A DNA stretch of 63,926 bases, the filler included, from Octopus bimaculoides (lineage: Eukaryota), in NCBI RefSeq assembly GCF_001194135.2. It is 7 parts of 6 records of this genome, joined end to end, with 100 filler letters (N's around TTAATTAATTAA, not from the genome) between each part and the next. Parts side by side here need not be neighbours in the genome. Positions count along the whole stretch, not along the records: positions 9,087 to 15,981 come from NC_068995.1; positions 16,082 to 20,303 come from NC_068988.1; positions 20,404 to 52,003 come from NC_068988.1; 4 more parts are not named here. One strand, given 5' to 3'. The notes below the pieces were generated by a model. It did not search any database and had not been told where the DNA came from. It saw only the letters and a list, made by a program, of their open reading frames with translations. Every line of letters starts with the position of its first letter. Within the stretch, counting starts at the first letter, position 1. Shown piece after piece: positions 12,437-26,074 of this stretch. The position numbers were made by a program, and so were the translations under genes.

Positions 12437-12835
12437 NNNNNNNNNNNNNNNNNNNNNNNNNNNNNNNNNNNNNNNNNNNNNNNNNNNNNNNNNNNNNNNN
12501 NNNNNNNNNNNNNNNNNNNNNNNNNNNNNNNNNNNNNNNNNNNNNNNNNNNNNNNNNNNNNNNNNNNNNNNNNNNNNNNNNNNNNNNNNNNNNNNNNNNN
12601 NNNNNNNNNNNNNNNNNNNNNNNNNNNNNNNNNNNNNNNNNNNNNNNNNNNNNNNNNNNNNNNNNNNNNNNNNNNNNNNNNNNNNNNNNNNNNNNNNNNN
12701 NNNNNNNNNNNNNNNNNNNNNNNNNNNNNNNNNNNNNNNNNNNNNNNNNNNNNNNNNNNNNNNNNNNNNNNNNNNNNNNNNNNNNNNNNNNNNNNNNNNN
12801 NNNNNNNNNNNNNNNNNNNNNNNNNNNNNNNNNNN

Positions 12836-12942
12836 ATAGAATAAGTACTAGGCTTACAAAGAATAAGTCCTGGGGTCGATTTGTTCAACTTAAGGTGGTG
12901 CTCCAGCATGGCCGCAGTCAAATTACTAAAACAAATGAAAGA
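12836..12942 (+). mobile_element. SINE family A 3' fragment
   Basis: Same tail as 9846-9968, starting at the gap edge. Confidence 0.85.
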
Positions 12943-12979
12943 ATATGTATATATATCTATGTGTGTGTGTATATATATG

Positions 12980-15908
12980 TGTATTTACATTTACATTCTT
13001 CACCCTTTCTTCCCTCCCTCCAACCACCTTTCTTACCCTCTGTACCTCTTTCCAGAACATCTTTTTATTTCTTACAAAATTTTCACTCAACTTTTTCCCG
13101 AATTTTTTACTTGCCCCCATTCCACCACCCTCATCACTCTCTTTACTCTCCTCTTCACTTCTCTGTAGTGATCATAAGCCTCTCCATCCCGTTTCTGCAA
13201 CCTCTCTTCAAAGACCCTTTTCTTCACTGCCATGGCATCCTTTACTTGCTCATTCCACCACTCACTACCTTTCCTTGCACCCATTCCAACCACTCATGTA
13301 CCACATACCTCAGAGGTACATCCCATTACTGCCTCTCTAAAAGCCTCCCACTTCTCCTCCACATCTACCTCCCATTTCTTAACCTGTTCATGTTCACTCC
13401 TCACTTTCTCTACATACTCTTGCCCCTATTCTCTCCTATCCAGTTCATTCACCTTCACAACCTCCCTGTCACTCATCTAGCATTCCATTTTGAGCATACT
13501 TTCAATTTAACCTGTACTAAGAAGTGATCTGACACTCTTCCACCTTCATGTCTCATTACATGCACAACCACCTACCTTCCTACCACTCTCTTATTATTTA
13601 ATACATAATCCATCAAGGCTCTATCCACTACTGTTCCTCCCTCCACCACGTGAACTTAATCTTCTCCCACTTAAAAAAAAAAAAACTATTCCCCACCACT
13701 AACTCCTGCTCCATACACATTTCCAACAAACTTCCACTTTCATTCTGACCAGGAACTCCATATTTTTCTACTACATTTTCTACTTCCTCATTTCCCATCT
13801 GCACATTCAAATCACCCAACACTACCACTACATAACCACTTTTTCCCATCCTATCCACACACCGTCAGTTCACTCTCGAACTCCTCTGCTTCTTCTTCAC
13901 TCCTTTTGCTCCCTGGACCATATGCACTAAAAAACACCCACATCTCTCCTCTCCATATTAACCTTGAAGACACTTCCTTCCATTCTACCATACTCTCCTT
14001 CACACACTCACTCACCAGCAATGCCACTCCCTCATGAGCCCTCCTCCCTCTCACTCCCAACACTCGTCCAGTCACAGTGTCACTCAGTGCCAGCACATCC
14101 ATCCTTATCCTTATCATTACACTCCCTATCTCTCTCCTCTTTACCTCACTTGTACTACACCCACACACATTCCATGACCCTAGTTCTAGTGTGAGATTTG
14201 GTGTTAACTTTCCACCCCGTTGCCTTTTTCTTACTGTCTTTTTAGGAATATGAAATTATTAGGAGTGGATTCCCAATCTCATCACTTCTGCCCCTTTTCG
14301 TCATTTCTTACGCCACGCAAGGAATATGGTGACTGCATTCTACCAATCCCCTCCCCTCCCCAGTTGCAAGGAGGCTTGCTAGTTTACCCATAGCTAGGAC
14401 CCTTACAAGTGCTACCACTCCAGGCCAAAGTAGACCTGGGAACAATAGTGGGTCATACCCAGGACTGTACAAGAGGAAAGGAGATAAATGTGAGAGTGGA
14501 AATTTTAGGGGTATAAGTGTGTTGTGTGTGGTTAGCAAACTGTATGGGGGAATTCTGATTGTTAGGGTGGGGAATGAGCAGTGTGGTTTTAGGAGTGTAA
14601 GTGGATGTGCAGATGAAATATTTGTAGTAAGGCAGATGTGTGAGAAATTTTGGGGAAAAGGGAGGGAGATGTATTGGGCCTTTATGCACCTAGAGAAGGC
14701 ATATGACTATGTGGATAGGGATGCAATGTGGCAGGTGTTGCAGTTGTATGGAGTAGATGATAGATTGTTGAGAGTTTTTATAGAGAAAGTAGGGCATGTG
14801 TTAGGGTGGGTGGTGTAGTAAGTGGTTTGATGTGAAGGTGGGATTAAGACAGAATTGTGTTGTCTCTGGCTGTTTAATTTATATATGGATGGTGTGGTAA
14901 GAGGTAAATACTAGAACCTTTGGTAGGGGAGCCCAAATGGTGGGAGAAAATGAAGAGAAATAGTGAGTCAGTTGTTGTTCGCTGATGATACAGCACTGAT
15001 GGTGGATTTGGAAGAACAACTGAGGAGACTGGTGGTAGAATTTGAAAGAAAGTGTGAGAGGAGGAAACTGAAAGTGAATGTAGCTAAGAGTAAGGTGATG
15101 AGATGTTTGAGTTATGGAATGGCAGGTGGGATGGAAGTAAGTATAAATGGTGAGTGTTTTTAAGTATCTAGGATCATGTGACAATGGATGTGAGGTTGGC
15201 TGAGGAAGTGGGATACAGAGTGAGGGAAGGGAGTAAGACACTTGGAGTCATGAAAGGTATGCTAGAGATAAAAGGTTGAATATGGAAGCAAAAAGAGGTA
15301 TGTATGAGGGCATGATTGTGCTGACAATGTTATATGGTGCAGAGACAAGGGCTGAGAAAGGCAGAAAGGAAGCGACTAGATGTGTTTGAGATGAGATGTC
15401 TGAGGGCTACGGTTGGTGTGACATGGATGGACAGGATGAGAAATGAGATGTTAAGGTGAGCAGGAATGAGAAAAAAACTAACAATCAAAATGGATAGATG
15501 GATGAAGAGTGGATGGTAAGGAGGATGATGAAGGCAAAAGTGGTTAGCAGCAGAACCAGAGGCAGACCTCAGTTTGTGTGGATGAATGGAGTGAGGAAAG
15601 CTTCGGTAGTTAGAAGTGTTGGAGTGAGAGAGGCAAAAGAGTTTATTGATGACAGGAAACCTTGGAGAGTGTTTGTGGATGGATGAGTGAATTTGATGTT
15701 TCTTAAAGGGGTATGGAACTAGCAAGATGCAGTGGGGGGTAAACCAGTATATGCTGTCGGGTCCCAGTGCTGATATTGGGAGTTGTGTTCTTGCCTTGAC
15801 CTGAGCATAGAACAGGGCTCACCTGTTTGAGCTGGGAAATGAATGGAATGCCTGGTGTTTGTCTTATGTGGCTACCCCCTCCTAAAAAAAGGGGAATTGA
15901 CCTGGGTA
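12980..15908. mobile_element. RTE-clade LINE with inverted 5' portion; decayed
   Basis: Minus 12980-14463 has APE-domain motifs (VFFSAYGP, VVLGDLN, KGSEWWNE) and the 5' UTR. Plus 14464-15690 has RT motifs (NFRGISVL, EQCGFR, LEKAYDYVDR, LLFADD, KVNVAKSKVM, RGRPQFVW). Identical 22-mers flank it at 12958-12979 and 15909-15930. Confidence 0.85.
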
Positions 15909-15940
15909 TATGTGTGTGTGTATATATATGGATGTGTATG

Positions 15941-15981
<41 letters not shown>

Positions 15982-16081
15982 NNNNNNNNNNNNNNNNNNN
16001 NNNNNNNNNNNNNNNNNNNNNNNNNTTAATTAATTAANNNNNNNNNNNNNNNNNNNNNNNNNNNNNNNNNNNNNNNNNNNN

Positions 16082-16129
<48 letters not shown>

Positions 16130-16959
16130 GGATGTATCCAAGCTAAACCAGACTTTCAAGACTGTCTACTCGAATTTACCTCACGAAGAGAGGAAGTTGC
16201 CTAGAGCTACTTATGAAAAATGCTATGATAATAATAGACGCTGATTTTAATCATTTACGTACGAATACATTTACTAGAGGCTTGTATTGAATATTGTAAA
16301 TATTAAGCCTGTTTCTATGCAAATGAACTGTGACAACACAGAGTGTATCACTGGATCTGGCGACCCTAATCATTATGACACCACAAATTTTGACCACAGA
16401 AATAGAAAATTCATTCAGTTAGATATTCCAATAGAAATTGTCTTTGACTACAATCAAATATTTCACCATACCAATGAAATTAATACTGAGTCTATGTCAA
16501 CAATTGATAATTATTAAGAAGTTATTTAGAATTTATCGGCACGTATGGTGTCGCGCTACATTAGTATTTAACGCGCTGTTAGCGTCGATATTGATATTTA
16601 AGTAAAATCGACATGTTTCTTTTTTCTAATAAATTCGATTTTCTTGTTCATAAATCATCAGAGACTTTTAGTACTTTCTCTGATAAGCTCTTTGTTTTAT
16701 AAAATAATCAAATTATGGTAACTAATGACATCTAAACAGACATTAAAATAGTTATTATTCAGTCAATGACGAACGTCTGTGAAACTCTTCTTTCTTATTC
16801 TTGTTTACTTTCACATTATATATATGCAAAGAGATTGGCAGTAGGTTCTCTTGCAGCAAAAACAAACAAAAAAAATCACACTGAGGTATTTACATTTAAT
16901 TCTTGAGGGAGAAAGAAAGGCTAACAGAGAGTGAGAGAGAGAGGCTGTACCAATAAATT

Positions 16960-17760
16960 AACACGTTCTTACTGATAGATTCTTGACAATCGGAACCCAG
17001 TCAATCAACGCGTGAGTGCGCGTGTGTGTATGTACATGTGTGTGCTTGTGGAGTGGGGCAGGCTTTGTCTGAATGAAAGAGCTTAGCTCAAAACATTTGC
17101 AGGTCTTGGAGCTATGTTTTTCTTTTAAAATGTTGCATATCGGCAACTGCGGAACAACAAATTATGCAAAGAGTAGATTCTAGTAGGTCGAAGATCTTGT
17201 GCGGAAGGATTGAACACATTGGCTACTGCTAATCTGTAACACAGTGTACAAACACAAACCATGTGATGAGATGATGGACTAGCAACTGGGTAGTTCCTGA
17301 GTGAAAGTGTTATAAAGCAAAAAAGTTCTGAAGAAACGCCGTCACATCAATAGAAGTGGAATAGGCCATCAGAGAAAATATCTCGTCTGAGAGCAAGAGA
17401 TCGGAGTGTGTTGAACAATTATTTGCCATTTAATTAGGTAGTATTTCTTCAGACACTGTCTATCATAACAGCGGTAGTAGTAGTAGCACTGTTCTAAATG
17501 TGGGAGGTATAATCTATTGTGGGCCTCGCCTGAGTCATTGAGAGAGTTACTAGTTCTTGATAGGAGGTGTACATTCTGGTTTTGAAGAAAAATACTAGTC
17601 TTTGTGTTGTAATTTTGTCTAAGATTAGGAGATTTTTTAGGTAAATGTGCAGATCAGAAAATATCTTTAGATATACTGGGGCCTCTTTTCGAAGTGATCG
17701 TGAAAGGTCTAGATTCGTAATATCTTTGCTTAAGTTGGGTGGTATTCAATATTATTTTTG
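16960..17760 (-). mobile_element. Old CR1/L2/Jockey-type LINE 3' fragment
   Basis: Minus strand TQARPTIDYTSHI*NSA and RRDIFSL resemble the C-terminal RT region of this group; many stops and indels. Confidence 0.5.
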
Positions 17761-18705
17761 TGGTGTGGAAGAGGACAAGAATGATATGGGCCTACAAGAA
17801 TGATATGGGCCTGTTCATACAGCTTGTGCTTACATATATATTCAATGTGTAGTATTTAGGTTGTATGTAAATAATGTTTCAGCATAGAAGTGAAAGGAGG
17901 GATGAAAGGTGGTGTCAAATGAGTATGAGTAGGAGTTATGAAGTGGATGGAAGTAGGCCATTAATTTGTAGAAGGCATCTTTCACTGTTTACTTACTACT
18001 GTGTGAGTCAAAGAGAAAACCTCAGTTGATTTTGCAATTTGACGAGAAACCCTTGGGAAAGAAACGTGAGGCAGACAGAAAACGCAAGCAGATGTGTTTA
18101 CCACTCTACCCGCGTAATAAAGCACATTTATCAACCTGTCTAAACTTGGACACAACACTGACCAAATCGCGTTCCTCAACGTTGGTATCAACTTCCAACT
18201 ACAACCGAAATACCACGTAAACAAGAAAGATAAAATCAAGCAACGATACCATAAACTAAAAAATGAAAGAGGAAAACATCAGCAGCATAGATGATAAACA
18301 TGAAGACCTACTAAATGAGGAATGCAATAACAGTACAGTCTCACAAAATAACAAATAACTGAATAATTTTTTTTTTTAAAGCACCACAGGACTTGAAAGA
18401 ATACAGCATAAACAAGAGTAAGAGCTACAAAAGTAATATTTTGTAATCATGGATACAGAAGAATATAATATAAAAGTGATTAATTTACCCAGAGACAAAA
18501 AGATTAACAAACAATAAGAAAATAACACAAAGCAGCTAAAACGAAAATTAAATTATTTTCAATAATAAATCCAAAAATAGTATCACCACATTTTCCACAC
18601 ATTGAAAGAGAATATATATATATATATATATATATATCACGAGAGAGAGAGCGGTGGGGAAAGATACATACATATATATAGGCCAATATATATATATATA
18701 TTGGC

Positions 18706-18818
<113 letters not shown>

Positions 18819-18949
18819 TGTATGTATGTATGTATATGCATCAGTGAAAAATACTAAAAACACACGCATACACGCACACCTAATCTAAGAATAACACAAA
18901 TATACATGCCAACTTCCAGTCGCTGCAACAAACAAACAAATACATAAGA

Positions 18950-19900
18950 TTATCTTAAAATAGACTCCAAAGAAATACTGAATAAAGTCATCAGATGAAT
19001 TTTTACAGCTCTTAAAAGAAACTAATACAATAGGCACCATTTCAACCTTATATTATGAAAATTTGTTCAAGTTTCTAGAGACAGAGATTATAGAAATCAT
19101 TTTAATTAACGTATATCAAGAACCATCAATAAAAGCACTCACTGTATCAGCAAACACGGAAAAAAACTAATTATGATATGCACGAATGAAGTGTCTTTTC
19201 GCTGCACATAAGGTATCTCATCTAAATAAAGAGGAGTAGCTACGAGTTCCCCTAAGATCTACGTTTGCATCATTTTGCAACAATAGAGACCAATAATTCC
19301 AAAAGATAAACCTGTATATGCACGAGATGCATAGATGATGTAATAGTTGTAATGAATACACTTAATGAAATTGAGAGCCTAAAGGAAGACTTGGGACACT
19401 ACTATGGACTAAAATTTAGCTTATAAGCATAAACATAGAGAACAAAATGAACAGAAGCATTACTCAAGTATATACGAAAGATTTAAACAAAAGTGTGTAC
19501 CTACACAGAGACACAAATTGCATCACACTCAACCGTAAACTTAAAGATAATAAACTACAAAAACACTTATCGATAGAATTCTTCTTATCAGTAACATACT
19601 ACAAAAATGCGTGGTCAGGAACAAAGTGCAGTAGACAACCTTAATCTATAAATTTGATTGTAAATCTAAAAGTTACAAACCTCAGGATACCGTTACACCG
19701 GACAGACCAATACAAGTCTCTCACGTAGACTTGCAATACAGACGCAATATGGTGCAATTGCACATTAAACCACGCAACACAAGACGAAACTAAATATAAA
19801 AATAATAGTAGAAAATAGTTACCTTCTTGTTAAATTCCATACAAGAAGAAAAGATTAATTATAGAAAGTACACATATATCGTAATGCAATGTCTAAATTA
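18950..19900 (+). mobile_element. Decayed Penelope-like element (RT plus GIY-YIG remnants)
   Basis: GVATSSP (~19233), IDDVIVVM (~19331), KSVY (~19490) and YTGQTNTSLSRRL (~19694) occur in the expected order across frameshifts. Confidence 0.7.
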
Positions 19901-20439
19901 ACATGTAGACATACACATCAAAGAATGTACATGTGGCTGCTGAGAGAAAAAAATCTCTTAACAATTAAAATTTGACCAACAGGTCAATGAACTTTTGGCG
20001 GGAAAATCTATACCAATTTCAATCAGTATATAACAATAGACACAAATGCCATATCTATGCACTTCAATTCTTGACAATGAGACACATAAAGAATAAAAAC
20101 ATCGGATATGGATTTAAGAACTTCACACTTCCAAAGTAACAGTAAAAAGCTAATTAGCATATATGGAAAATTCAAAATAAAAATAGATATCTTGAAAAGT
20201 GTCTGTATATAAAAGAAAAGCCTGTTCGACATATGTGCGAATATATGTGTGTATGTGCATGTAAGTGTGTGTAGACATATATATATATATGTGTCTGTAT
20301 ATANNNNNNNNNNNNNNNNNNNNNNNNNNNNNNNNNNNNNNNNNNNNTTAATTAATTAANNNNNNNNNNNNNNNNNNNNNNNNNNNNNNNNNNNNNNNNN
20401 NNNTACGCTTACAAAACCCCATTTTTTTCCCCGTTGATG

Positions 20440-20865
20440 GAGAAACTTTATTGATCACTGCAATCGTTTCGAGTGGAGGTGCGTGGCTTAGTGGTTAGGG
20501 TGTCAGCACCATGATCGTAAGATTGTGGTTTCGATTCCTGGACCGGGCGACGCGTTGCGTTCTTGAGCAAAACGCTTCATTTCACGTTGCTCCAGTTCAC
20601 TCAACTGGCAAAAATGAGTATCGCTGCGATGGACTGGCGTCCCATCCAGCTGTGAAACGCATACGCCATTGAAACCGGGAAACTGGGCCCATGAGCCTGG
20701 CTAGGCTTTAAAAGGGCGCATTTATTTATTTATTACAATCGTTTCGAACCATCTGGCATCAATCCTCCTTGAGTGGATACACGTCGACCATTTGTACTGT
20801 ATCCCACCCGCTTGAGATCGACGCTAGATGGGTCGAAACGATTGTAGTGATCAATAAAGTTTCTC
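20440..20865. mobile_element. Foldback MITE with ~50-bp TIRs, interrupted by a SINE
   Basis: GAGAAACTTTATTGATCACTGCAATCGTTTCGA (20440) versus TCGAAACGATTGTAGTGATCAATAAAGTTTCTC (ends 20865). The arms continue inward once the SINE is removed. Confidence 0.75.
20473..20735 (+). mobile_element. Full-length tRNA-derived SINE (family D, V-domain-like centre)
   Basis: A box TGGCTTAGTGG, B box GGTTTCGATTCC, CTGCGATGGACTGGCGTCCCATCCAG, (ATTT)n tail. 12-bp TSD CAATCGTTTCGA at 20461-20472 and 20736-20747. Confidence 0.85.
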
Positions 20866-20900
20866 GTATATTCTATCTTCCGTCACTTTCATTAATTATG

Positions 20901-20949
<49 letters not shown>

Positions 20950-21100
20950 AGATGGATAAATATAGATGCCTGGAAAGCATATATATATACACACACTAAC
21001 ATGCGTTATTCGATTATGTATCAGTTTTATTGTAAGTTTGTGTATGTATGTATATAACTACATGTACACGTATGTGTTTGTATGTGTATGTGCGTGTATG

Positions 21101-21163
<63 letters not shown>

Positions 21164-22791
21164 ATGCGTGTGTGTATCTGTATGTGTGTGTGTGTGTCTG
21201 CATGTGTATGTGCGCGTGTATCGGTGTATGCCTTCTATTTATCTAAAAAATGGGGGATCGGATTTCATAACAATTTATATTTGTTTGTCTCATTCAATTT
21301 TTCCATATTTTTACATTTTTCTGTGCCTTTTTTTTTTCTGCATAGTTTGCATATATTGAATCAATTATATCTAGGATATTGAACTTCAAATTATCGATCT
21401 TGCTCATTAAAAAGAATTCGACTTAACCAATTAGAAGGTACGCCATATTTATATGATTTTAACTGTCTCCTCTATATCAATACTATACACACGTACTCGG
21501 TATCTCCGTCATACGCCACACATATACGCAGTATATATATACAGAGATGTGTGTGTATGTATGTATGTATGTATGTATGTATATTGTATATACGAATGAA
21601 TGTAAAAGTACATTACGCAGAATGTAGCATAAACAATTCAAAATTATTTACAAATGCATCAGTGACCAGAACATGCAAATAAAATATTTTTCTCATAAAA
21701 GAAGGGTGTATAATTGTGAATAAATCCCAATTATAACGGAGAGGGTTAGAAAAACCCTTACATGTTTAGAAATAGCAGTCAAAACTGCTGTAAAGCCACT
21801 GTGAACTCTTACGTTATATCTCCTCATCAATAAAAGCTGTCGGTGAGCGATGACATAAATATTCAAAATTTAAATAAAAATGGAAGGTTAGTCTTCTGTT
21901 GCAATTTCGAAGTTAGGAACCAAAAATAGGTCCATTCTTCTCGTCAGGAGAACATTCCTGCACATAGGAATTATCACAAAAACATACCATACATATATAT
22001 ATAAATATATATATANNNNNNNNNNNNNNNNNNNNNNNNNNNNNNNNNNNNNNNNNNNNNNNNNNNNNNNNNNNNNNNNNNNNNNNNNNNNNNNNNNNNN
22101 NNNNNNNNNNNNNNNNNNNNNNNNNNNNNNNNNNNNNNNNNNNNNNNNNNNNNNNNNNNNNNNNNNNNNNNNNNNNNNNNNNNNNNNNNNNNNNNNNNNN
22201 NNNNNNNNNNNNNNNNNNNNNNNNNNNNNNNNNNNNNNNNNNNNNNNNNNNNNNNNNNNNNNNNNNNNNNNNNNNNNNNNNNNNNNNNNNNNNNNNNNNN
22301 NNNNNNNNNNNNNNNNNNNNNNNNNNNNNNNNNNNNNNNNNNNNNNNNNNNNNNNNNNNNNNNNNNNNNNNNNNNNNNNNNNNNNNNNNNNNNNNNNNNN
22401 NNNNNNNNNNNNNNNNNNNNNNNNNNNNNNNNNNNNNNNNNNNNNNNNNNNNNNNNNNNNNNNNNNNNNNNNNNNNNNNNNNNNNNNNNNNNNNNNNNNN
22501 NNNNNNNNNNNNNNNNNNNNNNNNNNNNNNNNNNNNNNNNNNNNNNNNNNNNNNNNNNNNNNNNNNNNNNNNNNNNNNNNNNNNNNNNNNNNNNNNNNNN
22601 NNNNNNNNNNNNNNNNNNNNATATATATATATATGCATATATGCCTATACATATGATTTTTAATTTAAGAGAATCTTTTTACAAATATCGTGACTGTATC
22701 ATGAATTCTTTCCAGAAACTCTTTCATATATACTATATAATATAACATACATACATACATACACACATACATACATACATACATACATAAT

Positions 22792-22822
<31 letters not shown>

Positions 22823-23034
22823 TATATAGAGAGAAAGAGACATACACACACATATATATATTTATGTATGTATATTTGTATGTATATATATTATATATTA
22901 TACATATATGAATAAGATATAACTATATGTATTAATCTGTTGACATATCTATTTATATGTATGTACGGACATACGCATATATAGTAGTAGTAGTAGTAGT
23001 ATCAGCAGCAGCAGCAGTAGTAGTAGTCGTAGTC

Positions 23035-23066
<32 letters not shown>

Positions 23067-23684
23067 TGCAGCAGTAGCAGCAGCAACATCAAAATTAACG
23101 TTAATAGCAACGAGAACGAGACAATGAAGGCGTCTCTTAGCAACAGAGAACCAAATTGCATACCCGTATGTATTTTTTACCTCTAGTTTTTCTAAAAACT
23201 GAAGCAAAACATTTGATAATGTTGTCCTGGATACATTTAGCCTGAAAGAAAGAAAAGGCAGAAAGGAAAAGCAAAACATACAAAACAATGGGGGGGGGAA
23301 TAAGGAAAAACCAACCCACCGACGGTGGGAGGCACGGTTAGAATGTCTTTCATCGTATGTTTGGTTCGTCAGTATTGACATGGTGACAAATAACAATATC
23401 AAGAATAGAAGCAACAACGACAACAACAACTACGACTACAATTGCAGCGGCAGCAGCAGCAGAGTAATGATAACGGAAGCGGAAACAATAGCAACAGCTG
23501 TAACGACAACAGCAAATTATAATCGCTGCATCTACGAAAACAAATCGTAAACAAACACAAGAATGATTTAACAGGTTATTTTTACTTACTTTGCTAACAC
23601 GTTTCAGACGCATGTTTTTTTTTAGGGAAAAATTGCGAATGGAATAAGTGGAGAACTGGAAAGTGTTGAGAGCATTTCCTTAGT

Positions 23685-24280
23685 CTCCTTTTCTCTCTCT
23701 CTCTCTCTTTTTTTTCTCGTAGAGAGGAGCTGGTTTTCTTCTTCTTCTTCCTTTTCTTCTTCTTCTTCTTCTTCTTCTTCTTCTTCTTCTTCTTCTTCTT
23801 CTTCTTCTTCTCCTTCCTCCCCTTCTTCCCCTTCTTACTCTTCTTCCCCTTCTTCCTCCCTCCACTCCACTTCCTCCGCCTCTTTTTCTTCTTCTCTTCT
23901 TCATTCTACTCCCCTCCCCTCCCCTTCTCTTCTTATTCCCCTCTCCTCCTCTTCTACTTCTGCTTCCTCCACTTCCTCCCCTTCCTCTTCCCATCCTCTT
24001 TCCCCTTCCTCCTCCTCTTCCCCTCCTCTCCTCCTCCTGCTTCTCTTCTTCCTCTACCACCTCCCTTCCTGCTTCTCCTCCTCTTTTTCCCCTACTCTTC
24101 TTGTTCTCCTCCTCCTTCTCTTCACCCCTCCTCTCATACTCCTCATACCCATCTCTCCTTCTTCTTCTTCGTCGTCGTCGTCGTCGTCGTCCTCCTCCTC
24201 CTCCCCTTCTTCCTTTTCTCCTCCTCGCCCCCTTCTTCCTTTTCTCCTCCTCCTCCCCTTCTTCCTTTTCTCCTCCTCCT
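23685..24280. repeat. Polypyrimidine/polypurine low-complexity tract, (TTC)n/(TCC)n
   Basis: Direct reading of the sequence. Confidence 0.95.
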
Positions 24281-24543
24281 TTATATTGCTTGGTCAGAGA
24301 GACAAACGTCTTGAAAAGCTCTACCGCAAACATCTGAAGAAAACCAGCGATGTGTATGAGTAGGTGCACGCTTGAGTGTGAGTGCACATCGGTATGTATG
24401 TGTCATGCATGGAAGCATGTGTATATCCGAACATACATACACGCAAACACACATGCATACCAGCATACGTACACGTATGCATACATGTATATATACATGT
24501 GCTTACCTATCCATTACCACTTGCTCTCTCTACCTCTTCTTGT

Positions 24544-24617
<74 letters not shown>

Positions 24618-25852
24618 GCATATATTACATATGTATACATATACATACATATGCATATGCATGCACACATATTTTTATTTGTATTGTATATACATGCCAA
24701 TATTTTCCATACAAACATACTTAAAGAGAGAAAAGAACGAAGAAATTGATAGATTTATAGATAGATCGATACATAGATAGATANNNNNNNNNNNNNNNNN
24801 NNNNNNNNNNNNNNNNNNNNNNNNNNNNNNNNNNNNNNNNNNNNNNNNNNNNNNNNNNNNNNNNNNNNNNNNNNNNNNNNNNNNNNNNNNNNNNNNNNNN
24901 NNNNNNNNNNNNNNNNNNNNNNNNNNNNNNNNNNNNNNNNNNNNNNNNNNNNNNNNNNNNNNNNNNNNNNNNNNNNNNNNNNNNNNNNNNNNNNNNNNNN
25001 NNNNNNNNNNNNNNNNNNNNNNNNNNNNNNNNNNNNNNNNNNNNNNNNNNNNNNNNNNNNNNNNNNNNNNNNNNNNNNNNNNNNNNNNNNNNNNNNNNNN
25101 NNNNNNNNNNNNNNNNNNNNNNNNNNNNNNNNNNNNNNNNNNNNNNNNNNNNNNNNNNNNNNNNNNNNNNNNNNNNNNNNNNNNNNNNNNNNNNNNNNNN
25201 NNNNNNNNNNNNNNNNNNNNNNNNNNNNNNNNNNNNNNNNNNNNNNNNNNNNNNNNNNNNNNNNNNNNNNNNNNNNNNNNNNNNNNNNNNNNNNNNNNNN
25301 NNNNNNNNNNNNNNNNNNNNNNNNNNNNNNNNNNNNNNNNNNNNNNNNNNNNNNNNNNNNNNNNNNNNNNNNNNNNNNNNNNNNNNNNNNNNNNNNNNNN
25401 NNNNNNNNNNNNNNNNNNNNNNNNNNNNNNNNNNNNNNNNNNNNNNNNNNNNNNNNNNNNNNNNNNNNNNNNNNNNNNNNNNNNNNNNNNNNNNNNNNNN
25501 NNNNNNNNNNNNNNNNNNNNNNNNNNNNNNNNNNNNNNNNNNNNNNNNNNNNNNNNNNNNNNNNNNNNNNNNNNNNNNNNNNNNNNNNNNNNNNNNNNNN
25601 NNNNNNNNNNNNNNNNNNNNNNNNNNNNNNNNNNNNNNNNNNNNNNNNNNNNNNNNNNNNNNNNNNNNNNNNNNNNNNNNNNNNNNNNNNNTGGTGGTGG
25701 TGGTGGTGGTGGTGGTGGTGGTGATGATGGTAGTGGTGGGGGTGGTGGCGGTGGTGATAATTATGAATCCCCATACAATCGAAATGCCATCATTATTGTT
25801 CGTGATGAGGCTTAAATAAAAATATCTATAATTAGTGTTGTTATTCAGACCT

Positions 25853-25853
25853 T

Positions 25854-25898
<45 letters not shown>

Positions 25899-26007
25899 AT
25901 AGTAGTAGTAGTAGTAGTAGTAGTAGTTGTTGTTGTTGTTATGGTGACGGAAGTAGCAAAAATGGTAGTTGTGGCGGTCGTTGTCATTGTTGTCGTAATG
26001 AACCGTA

Positions 26008-26068
<61 letters not shown>
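25853..26068. repeat. Compound trinucleotide microsatellite (TAG)n/(TTG)n/(GAT)n
   Basis: Direct reading of the sequence. Confidence 0.95.
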
Positions 26069-26074
26069 CGATAT

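Noticed and set aside
20473-20550. tRNA-gene-like A/B boxes here and at 26578, 35850 and 55243
   Set aside because: They continue into SINE bodies and lack complete cloverleaves.
23680-24387. 235-aa Arg/Gly/Glu-rich ORF and similar poly-amino-acid ORFs (poly-T, -D, -N, HT, YI, VC)
   Set aside because: Translations of microsatellites and low-complexity tracts.
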